Assembly (NCBI GenBank): GCA_964569575.1
Contig: CAZMTL010000004.1
Span: 8,959-72,958, forward strand
Reading direction: 5' to 3'
Length of the DNA: 64,000 nucleotides
Source of the DNA: an uncultured Gammaproteobacteria bacterium
Lineage (GTDB): Bacteria; Patescibacteriota; Patescibacteriia; UBA9934
The position numbers and the translations under genes are program-made. Of the stretch, positions 47,925-56,232 are shown piece after piece. Every line of letters starts with the position of its first letter. Position 1 is the first letter of the stretch. The notes under the pieces are model-generated. The model worked only from the letters and a program-made list of their open reading frames with translations, did not search any database and was not told where the DNA came from.

Positions 47925-47951
47925 CCTCTTTTCTTCTCTACCACCTACACT

Positions 47952-48428
47952 CTATTCCCTTTTTCCATTCACCTTCTTCTCAATCACATCCATCGCACCA
48001 GCCGGCACCTTGGATCGCCAACCTCCACTTCCTGATTCAATCATTTCCTTAATCTCTTCGGTTACATGACCCGGAACTTCCGAAATCTTCTTGGTCGGCA
48101 CACCTTGAGCTTCAAATAACTCTCGCACTTCATCCTTTCCACTCCAAACAACAATATCATCACCTCCCGCAACTTCTAGCACCTTATCAACCCACTCAGC
48201 GTCATCATCACAATCGGCAACCGACGCAATGGTGACATCCATCATATTTTCCTCTAGCAAAGCTGCACTGATCATTTCCCGAACATCATCTGTTGAAAAA
48301 AGAGCATCTGAATCAGGTTCACAAATAACCACAACGGCTGTACCGCCAGCGTTCACCATCCCTTCGATCACCATAAAATGACCGGTGTGAAAAGGTTGAA
48401 ACGAGCCAGGAAAAACAAATGTTGCCAT
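47952..48428 (-). CDS. cytidylyltransferase-like nucleotidyltransferase (NMN adenylyltransferase-like)
   Basis: N-terminal FPGSFQPFHTGH (HxGH motif); 158 aa. Confidence 0.7.
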   Translation of the reverse strand: MATFVFPGSFQPFHTGHFMVIEGMVNAGGTAVVVICEPDSDALFSTDDVREMISAALLEENMMDVTIASVADCDDDAEWVDKVLEVAGGDDIVVWSGKDEVRELFEAQGVPTKKISEVPGHVTEEIKEMIESGSGGWRSKVPAGAMDVIEKKVNGKRE

Positions 48429-48457
48429 ACTTTTTTTCTTAGTATATCAAACGTTAT

Positions 48458-49402
48458 TTAAGCTTCGGTAGATTTATCAACACTCGCTTTCCATGCCGTA
48501 ATCTTCTCCAAAAAACCTAACGGAGTGCGAAAAACTCGTGTGCATTCCGAAAGCAGCATAGGAGGAACATCGATTCGAGCCAAATCCGTCACCCCAAGCT
48601 CGTCCTGCGAACCTAGCGACAAATACCCAATATCACCCGGATCGATCCCGATCAACGTTGCGGCAACCGAATCCACAGCAAACGCATCGGTCCCAGCAAG
48701 TGCAAGATGCATGGAAACGACATCGCCCTCGACCGGACCACATCCTTCCATAGCAGAAAACCCATCAATCACCGCCAAATCAAAACCAAATTGTTTCTGC
48801 ATAGCCGCAATCATCCTATGATGCGTAGACGACCCCTCCCCATCCGTCCAAGGCCATCGTGCCCAAACGCGTCCCGAAGCGCTAATGCGCGACGGAACAA
48901 GCCAGGTTCCAATCGTCCAATTTGTAATCGAAAGCGCCGCCCCAAGCGAATCATGAATTTTCAAAGGTGTAAGTGAGATTTTATAATCTGCCTCAATCGC
49001 CATACGAGCCCGCCGAATCTTCACTTCACTCCCATCTTCACGTACAACAGTCTGCTCCACAAAATCGTCATCATTCAAATCCACCAAACGCACCGACTCG
49101 TATTCATGCTCCAGATGTTCGTACCCCAACTGCCGAAATGCAAACGGTGTACCAACATACGAAGCATCACCAATAAACACAGGTGCCTGCGTGTGATACC
49201 GAATCGCATCCAATACCCCACGAACCGCATCAACATGCGTAGAAGCAAGCGCCCGTTCCGCATCAACCAAATTAACTTTCAAAAAAATAGACTTCGCTTC
49301 CTTCAACCGCGAAGAAAACGAATCATCCAAGCCATCCAAAACACGCCGAATCAACTCGCGCCTCTCCTCCCCCGTTTCCAACTGTACGTTTGTGGTAATC
49401 AT
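48458..49402 (-). CDS. DUF362-like protein
   Basis: 314 aa; IFLKVNLVDA...HVDAVRGV pattern resembles DUF362; moderate certainty. Confidence 0.55.
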   Translation of the reverse strand: MITTNVQLETGEERRELIRRVLDGLDDSFSSRLKEAKSIFLKVNLVDAERALASTHVDAVRGVLDAIRYHTQAPVFIGDASYVGTPFAFRQLGYEHLEHEYESVRLVDLNDDDFVEQTVVREDGSEVKIRRARMAIEADYKISLTPLKIHDSLGAALSITNWTIGTWLVPSRISASGRVWARWPWTDGEGSSTHHRMIAAMQKQFGFDLAVIDGFSAMEGCGPVEGDVVSMHLALAGTDAFAVDSVAATLIGIDPGDIGYLSLGSQDELGVTDLARIDVPPMLLSECTRVFRTPLGFLEKITAWKASVDKSTEA

Positions 49403-49505
49403 GCAAAAAGTGTATCACAGAAAAAAATAGGAGCAACAGACAAAAACAAATAATCAAAAATCTCCCCAAAAACAAACCCACCAAGCAGCAGCTTGGTGGG
49501 TTTGT

Positions 49506-49579
49506 TGGTTCCCAGACAGGGATTCGAACCCCGATTCTCAGGACCAAAACCTGATGTCCTGCCCTTAGACGATCTGGGA
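49506..49579 (-). tRNA. tRNA-Gln (anticodon UUG), CCA encoded
   Basis: Hand-folded: acceptor TCCCAGA/TCTGGGA, anticodon stem TCAGG/CCTGA with loop TTTTGGT, T arm CGGGG-TTCGAAT-CCCTG, ACCA; followed by a CCCACCAAGC..GCTTGGTGGG terminator hairpin. Confidence 0.9.
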
Positions 49580-49592
49580 ATACTGTGCCCAG

Positions 49593-49621
49593 ATCATATA
49601 GGCTTTTTAAACAACTGTCAA
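49593..49621 (-). promoter_or_regulatory. sigma70-type promoter of tRNA-Gln(UUG)
   Basis: Minus strand TTGACA-N17-TATGAT, 13 nt upstream of the tRNA 5' end. Confidence 0.5.
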
Positions 49622-49626
49622 AGTCA

Positions 49627-50343
49627 TTATGCCCCCATCATTGGATCTTTCGGAGCACTTTCCTGTGACTCTGAACCCGACAAATCCTTTTTCAAACCAT
49701 CCAATACCTTCGCGGCATGCTCTCGCCCGCCAAGTCCAAACGCCAATCCTCCCGCAAGCGCGATCATGGCAACGAATCCAGTAAACAACACCTGAATCAA
49801 TGATTCAGCAATTCCTAACTGAACAAGAGCCGCCATGAAGCTGAACACAATAATTGACCACTTCGCGACGCCTGCCAAAAATCCAGCACTTCTCATGTTT
49901 GCCGACAAAATAGCCGCACGAACAACGCTATGAACAAATCCAGCCAAAACCGTTCCAACAAGCAAGATGATGACCGCAATCAATACGTTTGGAAGATACG
50001 CGACAACTTCGTTCAAAAACACCGTAATCTGATCCCAATCAAGCACATCTGCCGCAGCAATAAGCGCGAAGATAATAACGAACCACTTCACCAACCAACC
50101 CAAGAACAGCCCAACATCCAGCGTCATGCCTGTACGAGCAAAAAGTGGCGCTACTTCCAACCTGTGCAACGCATCGTCAATTTTCAACGCCTTCACAACG
50201 CGTTCTACCGTCGCTTTTAATACCTGAGCGATAAGTAATCCAACCAAAAACACCACTACAGCCAAAAGCAATTTTGGCAAAAATAAAATGGCCGAAGCCC
50301 ACACATCAATAAACGCCATTCTCAACACATCAACGTATTCCAT
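49627..50343 (-). CDS. polytopic membrane protein with TM-helix repeats (mechanosensitive-channel N-terminus-like)
   Basis: 238 aa; repeated helix pattern LPKLLLAVVVFLVGLLIAQVL / LPNVLIAVIILLVGTVLAGFV. Confidence 0.5.
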   Translation of the reverse strand: MEYVDVLRMAFIDVWASAILFLPKLLLAVVVFLVGLLIAQVLKATVERVVKALKIDDALHRLEVAPLFARTGMTLDVGLFLGWLVKWFVIIFALIAAADVLDWDQITVFLNEVVAYLPNVLIAVIILLVGTVLAGFVHSVVRAAILSANMRSAGFLAGVAKWSIIVFSFMAALVQLGIAESLIQVLFTGFVAMIALAGGLAFGLGGREHAAKVLDGLKKDLSGSESQESAPKDPMMGA

Positions 50344-50402
50344 ACAAAAAAGTTATGGTGAATAACTACATTTAGTATCACACACATCTCCTTCAATAAC
50401 AA

Positions 50403-50822
50403 CTACTTTTTCTTTCTTTTCAACGAATCCTTGTTCGAAGAAGTAATGCGTGCCTGATGTTGATAGACCGGCACAACCTGCGATCCTGTAAAAATCTGCT
50501 CCTCATTTGCCCTTAAGCGCCCAAGCAAAAACTCATCTTTTTCGTCCATTTCTTTCTTCACGCCACACAGCGGAATACCCAAAGCCCAAGCGAGCGCCTG
50601 AGTAATACTAAAAATAGATCGAAGAGAAGTAGCAGAACCAGGACCTTGAACAAGCACAATTTGCTCAAGATCTTCTTTATGAATCCCTCGCGATTGCAAA
50701 AACTGATCAATCGAAAACAAAAATTGTTCAGGAGAAACCAAGTAGCGCACTGGCGACTCGGAATCATCCAAATCTGCTAAAACTAATACACGGATGTCCT
50801 GTCCATTGACGTACAACTTCAT
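50403..50822 (-). CDS. tsaB: TsaB-like protein, short form
   Basis: VQGPGSATSLRSIFSITQALAWALGIPLCGV matches the TsaB GPGSFTGLRIG...P..GV core; only 139 aa. Confidence 0.55.
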   Translation of the reverse strand: MKLYVNGQDIRVLVLADLDDSESPVRYLVSPEQFLFSIDQFLQSRGIHKEDLEQIVLVQGPGSATSLRSIFSITQALAWALGIPLCGVKKEMDEKDEFLLGRLRANEEQIFTGSQVVPVYQHQARITSSNKDSLKRKKK

Positions 50823-51529
50823 AATTCCTCACGCAATTCATCGACAAGAATAATCTTCTCCGAATTCATAATCGAAGCAAGAAAGCGATCTTTCACTTCA
50901 CGGCGATACAAAAACTCATCCCGAGGCATGTACGTATAGTTGATTTCCCATCCAATCATCTTTTCGAATTCATCAATCGTCTCCTGCAAAACCGGGGCAT
51001 CCACCTGTCCAACAATCAACAAATCAGAAGGCACCGCATCGTCATCAACAAATTTTCCGGTCATGAACAACAAATCTATTCGACCCTTCTGCACCAACCC
51101 ACGAACAACAGATTTATGCGAAAGCACAGACGCCTTCTTCATAATTGAACGCAGTTCATCAAAAAAGATAAAATCTGTGTTCGCCTGATAAAACTTCTTC
51201 TTATCATTTGAAGCCTTCTTTCGTTTCTTCACATCCGCCGTATCCCCCTCTTCTTCATCGTCGACTTCCTGCTCCAAAATCTTCCCTTCAACTTCGAGTA
51301 AAATACCCATCTCGATCAAGTTAGAAAGCTCGCGGCGTACCGAATTTAACTGAGCATCAATCCGTCGAGTTAGTTCGCGAACGTAATACGCTCGTTCTGG
51401 ATTTTCTAAAAACAATCCAATCAATCGAACGCGGGTTTTTGATCCAAAAAGCTGTTCGATATGAAAATCATCTTCCATCCCAACCGACGATTCTGTTGAT
51501 TGAATACCATCTTGCATTACTTGTGCCAT
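50819..51529 (-). CDS. winged-helix (ArsR-like) transcriptional regulator with C-terminal domain
   Basis: FGSKTRVRLIGLFLENPERAYYVRELTRRIDAQLNSVRRELSNLIEMGIL. Confidence 0.55.
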   Translation of the reverse strand: MAQVMQDGIQSTESSVGMEDDFHIEQLFGSKTRVRLIGLFLENPERAYYVRELTRRIDAQLNSVRRELSNLIEMGILLEVEGKILEQEVDDEEEGDTADVKKRKKASNDKKKFYQANTDFIFFDELRSIMKKASVLSHKSVVRGLVQKGRIDLLFMTGKFVDDDAVPSDLLIVGQVDAPVLQETIDEFEKMIGWEINYTYMPRDEFLYRREVKDRFLASIMNSEKIILVDELREEL

Positions 51530-51655
51530 ATTCTTCTAAAAAATGTGTTCACGTAAAGGATAACTGTTCTATCGCTTCTTTACAACTTATAGTAAAATGG
51601 AACAAAGGATTCGTAAAGGCAAAATCGCCACATCACTTCTCCAATATTGGGATAT

Positions 51656-53839
51656 ATGCAAGAATTACAGATCAAATCAGCAAAACTTGCTTCACAGGCT
51701 GAACGCAAAGAACAAGTACTCGAATCGATCCTCCTTCCATTCGAGCATCTGCCAGGATCTGTCTTCGGCGTACTCTTTATCGAAGGTCAATTAAATGAGC
51801 ATCGGGCAGAAATGGCGGCGATCATTTTTGAACAACTACAACTACTTCAAGCAATAGAAGCAAGCGCAAACGTACCACGTCGCTTTGAACAGCTTCTTCA
51901 ACAAATCAATCAAGAATTGCAAGTACTTCAGCAAAAAAATCCAAAAGTACAAATCGAACAACTGCACGCCATTTTGGGAACTCGTGTAAAAAATCAACTA
52001 TTTCTAAGTGGAACAGGATTTTTGCACGCGCTGTTCATGCACCGAACAGCACAACAACGCTATTCGATTTACCAACTAGACAAGCAATTACAAGAAGGCG
52101 AATTTAATCCAGAAAAACCATTCATCACCGTACTAGACGGCGAACTACACCCAGGCGATGTCTTCTACCTTTCAACCCCCTTGGATCCAAAAGAAATTTC
52201 GATCGGCGAACTACAAGACATTCTAGTCACACTTCCCCCGTCAGGTGCCCTAAAACGGATAGAACAACATGTTCATCGCGACAAAGGCTATGCAGCTGTT
52301 GCTTTTCAAATTCAAGAACCCGAAACACAAACGACTCACAAAAAAATCAACCCGCTCTCGTCCATCACCGAACTCACCCAAACACAAGAAAAAACAACCG
52401 CACTCTTAAGCGAACAAGGAACTGACGTAGTAGGTCGCCTACAAAAAATGGCACAACCACTAATGAAAAAACTCGCCTCTCCAGGGAAGAACGATACTAA
52501 GTCCGTGCTAAAACGCATCGCGAAAATGTTGGTAAAAGCCCTTCTCTTTGTGACTTCAGTTACCGTCAGCATAGTGAAAACAATCCTAACCGCAATCAAA
52601 AAAGCAATCGAACTCACAAAAGAAAAACGAAGCAAATCTGCCGTATCAAACGATTCAGACGCAACGCTTCCGCAAACCGACGAAGCATCAGACTCAACGA
52701 AGCGTTCGGTGTTCCAAAAAATAGCAGCACTTTCAACGCTACAAAAATACGCCATCGGTGGAGTCATTTTATTAATCATCAGTATCGTAATCGTGCTTCT
52801 ATTTGCCTTTTCTGGAAACAAACAAAAAAATCCCGAAATTGATATAAACGAAACAGCACGACAAATCGAAGAACAAATCAACGCAGCTGAAGCAAGCTTG
52901 ATTTACGGCGACCAAGAACAGGCTCAAAGCTTCCTTACTCAAGCTCGAGCACTTCTAGACAGCATCGAGAAAAAAGAGAAAAACCAAGAAGCAATCGCAC
53001 AGCTAGAACAATCAATCGAAACCATCGAAGCAAAAGCTCGTGGAATCACCATGCCAGAACTAACAGAATTGCAAGGACTAAGCGCAACTCTTGGCAACGC
53101 TCCAGCATCGAACATCATTTATCACAACAACACCGTATTTGTAACAAGCGAAACAAATACCGTAGCGTCGTTTAGCGAATTAAACAATTCGTGGATCAAC
53201 GAAAACGTCACCATCGGAAGTATCGCGGCTTCCAAACGTCTACAAACAGAGGGAGCAAATATTCTCGTGCTAGATGACCAAAACCGCCTCGGACGAGCAA
53301 ACATTACCGCAAAAACGCTCAACCCCCTGGTTTCAGGAACACAAAGCCTGACCGACGTACAAGATATCTTCGTCTACAATTCTTCTGTGTACGCGCTCAC
53401 AAACACAACGAAACAAGTCATTCGCATGCGAGCACAAGGCGAAAACTACGAAGCGGGAACATCGTGGATTACAGCAACGACTGAAGAATTGGGTGAATTA
53501 CGATCACTCGCCATTGATGGATCCGTCTACATTCTAGGACCGGACAAGGTGTACGAATTCCTAAGCGGAAGTCAGCAAGCATTCGCGATCACAAATCTAG
53601 AACCCGCACTAGCAAATGCAACAAAAATCTGGACAAACGAAGCGAGTAATCACCTCTACATCCTAGAAGCCGAACAAAAACGAATCGTCGTACTAGACAA
53701 ATCTGGCGTCGTTGTAAGCCAGTATCAGCACAACGAGCTACAAAACGCCCTAGACTTTACCGTAAACGAGGCAGGAAACACCATTTACTTCACAACCGAA
53801 AACAACGCGTACGCATTTACAGCCGAACACCTTCTTTAA
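51656..53839 (+). CDS. large bitopic hypothetical protein (cytoplasmic N-domain, one TM, beta-rich repeat ectodomain)
   Basis: 727 aa from the first ATG (the track start at 51647 is TTG); TM GGVILLIISIVIVLLFAF; C-terminal repeats of type VYALTN.., VYILGP.., LYILEA.., IYFTTE.. Confidence 0.6.
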   Translation: MQELQIKSAKLASQAERKEQVLESILLPFEHLPGSVFGVLFIEGQLNEHRAEMAAIIFEQLQLLQAIEASANVPRRFEQLLQQINQELQVLQQKNPKVQIEQLHAILGTRVKNQLFLSGTGFLHALFMHRTAQQRYSIYQLDKQLQEGEFNPEKPFITVLDGELHPGDVFYLSTPLDPKEISIGELQDILVTLPPSGALKRIEQHVHRDKGYAAVAFQIQEPETQTTHKKINPLSSITELTQTQEKTTALLSEQGTDVVGRLQKMAQPLMKKLASPGKNDTKSVLKRIAKMLVKALLFVTSVTVSIVKTILTAIKKAIELTKEKRSKSAVSNDSDATLPQTDEASDSTKRSVFQKIAALSTLQKYAIGGVILLIISIVIVLLFAFSGNKQKNPEIDINETARQIEEQINAAEASLIYGDQEQAQSFLTQARALLDSIEKKEKNQEAIAQLEQSIETIEAKARGITMPELTELQGLSATLGNAPASNIIYHNNTVFVTSETNTVASFSELNNSWINENVTIGSIAASKRLQTEGANILVLDDQNRLGRANITAKTLNPLVSGTQSLTDVQDIFVYNSSVYALTNTTKQVIRMRAQGENYEAGTSWITATTEELGELRSLAIDGSVYILGPDKVYEFLSGSQQAFAITNLEPALANATKIWTNEASNHLYILEAEQKRIVVLDKSGVVVSQYQHNELQNALDFTVNEAGNTIYFTTENNAYAFTAEHLL

Positions 53840-53870
53840 AAACAAAGACCCCGTACACGTGTACGAGGTC
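53838..53870 (-). terminator. intrinsic terminator of GC island F
   Basis: Minus strand GACCUCGUAC..GUACGGGGUC stem with one G:U pair, followed by UUUGUUUUU. Confidence 0.55.
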
Positions 53871-53895
53871 CGAGTGACGCCTCAGGTTGAAGCGA

Positions 53896-54681
53896 TCACG
53901 AGTCCGGGCTAGAGGTTCGCGGAAGTCCTGCTGACAGACGGGTCATTACCTCGGGAGGAAACGAAGCTGGCTGATCGAGCCTCATACCTCCTCCGCCGGC
54001 GGTGATACGAAGCCTACCAAGCCGCAACAGACGCAACTCCCGTCGAGCGAGCGCCACCAGACGAACACCGTCTTCCAGATACCCTTCGTAGCGACGAATG
54101 GTGCCTTCGAGCGAAATTCCTTGACGAAGGCACTCAACCACCCATTCTGCGCAGATTGACGGAGGCAGCCGAGGAACACGCGTGAAGAATTCTACGACCT
54201 TCGACCAGTCCATCAGATGTTCCTGGAAGTGCTGCTGCACATGTTCCGGAACCTCCAACAAGGCCGATCGACGAGCGCAGACAGCTGAGACGATGGACCG
54301 GTTGAGCAGATCTTTATCAGCGGTATTCTGACCTGCTCGACACAGCGCATCGATGATCTTCTTCACATACCCAGGCAATTCGCCAGGGTACTTCTTGTGC
54401 ACCCCTGATTCCGCAAGCGCACTCAGAACTGCATAACGCGTCTCCTGACACGGAAGCAGCTTCTCCCACCTACGTACCGCCGAAAGCACCGCACGTCGTG
54501 GAAGCATCGGCAAGTCACACTGTACTGCTCGGGCATGCGCGACAATCACGTCGATGACGTCCACTTCTTCACGCGTCAAAAACCACTTGGTCGACACATA
54601 ACGACGCGCCGAGCGCGCATATTGATCGAGAGCCTCCTTGGCCAGTTGTTCAAGGTTGATCGAAACATCAATCCACTGCAT
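53896..54681 (-). CDS. hypothetical alpha-helical protein (261 aa), GC island F
   Basis: GAGGAG SD nine nt before ATG 54681; GC-rich; no family recognised. Confidence 0.55.
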   Translation of the reverse strand: MQWIDVSINLEQLAKEALDQYARSARRYVSTKWFLTREEVDVIDVIVAHARAVQCDLPMLPRRAVLSAVRRWEKLLPCQETRYAVLSALAESGVHKKYPGELPGYVKKIIDALCRAGQNTADKDLLNRSIVSAVCARRSALLEVPEHVQQHFQEHLMDWSKVVEFFTRVPRLPPSICAEWVVECLRQGISLEGTIRRYEGYLEDGVRLVALARRELRLLRLGRLRITAGGGGMRLDQPASFPPEVMTRLSAGLPRTSSPDS

Positions 54682-54708
54682 GTGGAAAATCTCCTCACGG
54701 ACCGCAGG

Positions 54709-54737
54709 ATGCTACAGGAAAAAGAAAACTTGGTCAA
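54709..54737 (-). promoter_or_regulatory. sigma70-type promoter for island F
   Basis: Minus strand TTGACC-N17-TAGCAT; the -35 lies within terminator hairpin CTTGGT..ACCAAG of the upstream MGMT-like gene. Confidence 0.45.
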
Positions 54738-54748
54738 TAAACCAAGCT

Positions 54749-55006
54749 TTAATCAATAGCCCCTTCTTCTTTTAAAATCTCTATCTTTCGCTCCTCCCCT
54801 CGATTATATCCACCCATTCGTCCATCCGATCGCACCACTCGATGACACGGAATGCTTGGATCATAATTTGTATTCAACACACTTCCGACAGCTCGATACG
54901 CTTTTGGCCTACCGGCAGCTTCCGCCACCTGCTTATACGTCAAAACCTTCCCTTTCGGAATAGCCTTCACTACGGCAAAAACAGCTTGTGCAAATTCTGT
55001 ATTCAT
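54749..55006 (-). CDS. methylated-DNA--protein-cysteine methyltransferase DNA-binding domain protein
   Basis: 85 aa carrying the active-site motif IPCHRVV. Confidence 0.85.
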   Translation of the reverse strand: MNTEFAQAVFAVVKAIPKGKVLTYKQVAEAAGRPKAYRAVGSVLNTNYDPSIPCHRVVRSDGRMGGYNRGEERKIEILKEEGAID

Positions 55007-55034
55007 AAAACAAGTATAACAACAAATCTAGTTC

Positions 55035-55060
55035 AAACAAAAAACAGGGCCGAAGCCCCG
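55035..55060 (-). terminator. intrinsic terminator after rplL
   Basis: Minus strand CGGGGC-uucg-GCCCUG followed by a U-run. Confidence 0.65.
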
Positions 55061-55081
55061 TTTTTTTTTGTCGAAACAACC

Positions 55082-55480
55082 TTACTTGATAGTAACAGTT
55101 GCTCCAGCTGCTTCCAACTTCTTTTTCATGTCTTCAGCTTCTTCCTTTGATGCCTTTTCCTTGATTACCTTTGGTGCACCATCAACCATTTCCTTTGCTT
55201 CCTTCAAACCAAGACCAGTGATTTCTCGAACAGCCTTGATTACGTTGATTTTGCTATCTCCAGCTCCAGACAATTCAACATCAAACGCGCTCTTTTCTTC
55301 AGCTGCCGCCGCTCCTCCAGGAGCTGCCATCATCATAGCTGGCGCCGCTGCAGAAACTCCGAACTTATCTTCCAATACCTTTACAAGTTCTGAAAGATCG
55401 ATTACAGACATCTGTTCGATTTCTTCAACAAGTTTCTTGAACTTTTCAGGAACTTCTACGTTCTTTACTTCTTCTGACAT
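55082..55480 (-). CDS. rplL: 50S ribosomal protein L7/L12
   Basis: Ala-rich hinge [20 protein letters not shown] and C-terminal domain [27 protein letters not shown]. Confidence 0.95.
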   Translation of the reverse strand: MSEEVKNVEVPEKFKKLVEEIEQMSVIDLSELVKVLEDKFGVSAAAPAMMMAAPGGAAAAEEKSAFDVELSGAGDSKINVIKAVREITGLGLKEAKEMVDGAPKVIKEKASKEEAEDMKKKLEAAGATVTIK

Positions 55481-55505
55481 AAATATACCGTTACAAATAA
55501 TTAAT

Positions 55506-56027
55506 TTAACCTTTCTTCTCACTAATTGCTCCAAGAACCGTTACGAGACCTCGCAAATTACCTGCAAGAACGTTGACGAATCCAGAAACAGGGGCGTTGA
55601 TTGAACCAACCAACTTCGCATAGAGCTCTTCTCGGCTAGGAAGAAGTGCCAACTGATTCACTTCTTGTGAACCAATCTGACGACCTTCTAAAAATCCCGA
55701 TACCAACGAAACGGCTTCGTTTTCTTTGGTAAGCTCTTTCAAAAGCTTCGCTGCACCAACATCATCTCCAAACGCCACGGCAGTAAGGATTGATCCCTTC
55801 AACGCTGAAGTGTCTAGATCAAATCCCGCTTCCTTCGCGGCAATTTTGAGAAGTGTCTTTTTTGCAACGAATACCTTGATGTCCTTTTCTTCTGCCTTCG
55901 TACGCAGCGCATCTGCCTGCGCCATACCGAATCCAGAGATTGAAGAGAACGCGGCAGACTTCATGTTTTTGAAGTCCTGAGCAATTCGCTCAACGATCAC
56001 TTCTTTTTGTGGACGAGTTTTCGCCAT
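55506..56027 (-). CDS. rplJ: 50S ribosomal protein L10
   Basis: [15 protein letters not shown]..., immediately upstream of rplL. Confidence 0.93.
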   Translation of the reverse strand: MAKTRPQKEVIVERIAQDFKNMKSAAFSSISGFGMAQADALRTKAEEKDIKVFVAKKTLLKIAAKEAGFDLDTSALKGSILTAVAFGDDVGAAKLLKELTKENEAVSLVSGFLEGRQIGSQEVNQLALLPSREELYAKLVGSINAPVSGFVNVLAGNLRGLVTVLGAISEKKG

Positions 56028-56201
56028 ACTACATTGAATTAACATGCAGATGAAAGAGGAAGGCATCTCCACTTCCAGTCCGCTGAATAAAAAACAACGG
56101 CTGAAAAGCCGTAGAAAATGAAGCGAAATCGCTAGAAATATGCCTCGATGAGATTTATGCGTTCGCTACTCACTTTCTACGGCTCTTCTGTTGTTGGACA
56201 T
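56028..56201 (-). promoter_or_regulatory. rplJ leader with mutually exclusive antiterminator/terminator helices
   Basis: On the minus strand, AGCCGUAGAAA (56184-56174) can pair with UUUCUACGGCU (56117-56107). Alternatively CGGCU (56111-56107) pairs with AGCCG (56102-56098), followed by UUGUUUUUUAUU. Confidence 0.45.
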
Positions 56202-56230
56202 ACACTATCAAAAAAGAAAAACGACGTCAA
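56202..56230 (-). promoter_or_regulatory. sigma70-type promoter of rplJL
   Basis: Minus strand TTGACG-N17-TAGTGT. Confidence 0.5.
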
Positions 56231-56232
56231 CC

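Noticed and set aside
7968-53870. Shared ACACGTGTA core in the terminators of islands A and F as a possible common element end
   Set aside because: Only about 9 nt are shared and the core is a self-complementary hairpin centre. The flanking arms differ, and no similar sequence occurs at the other islands, so it is probably coincidence.
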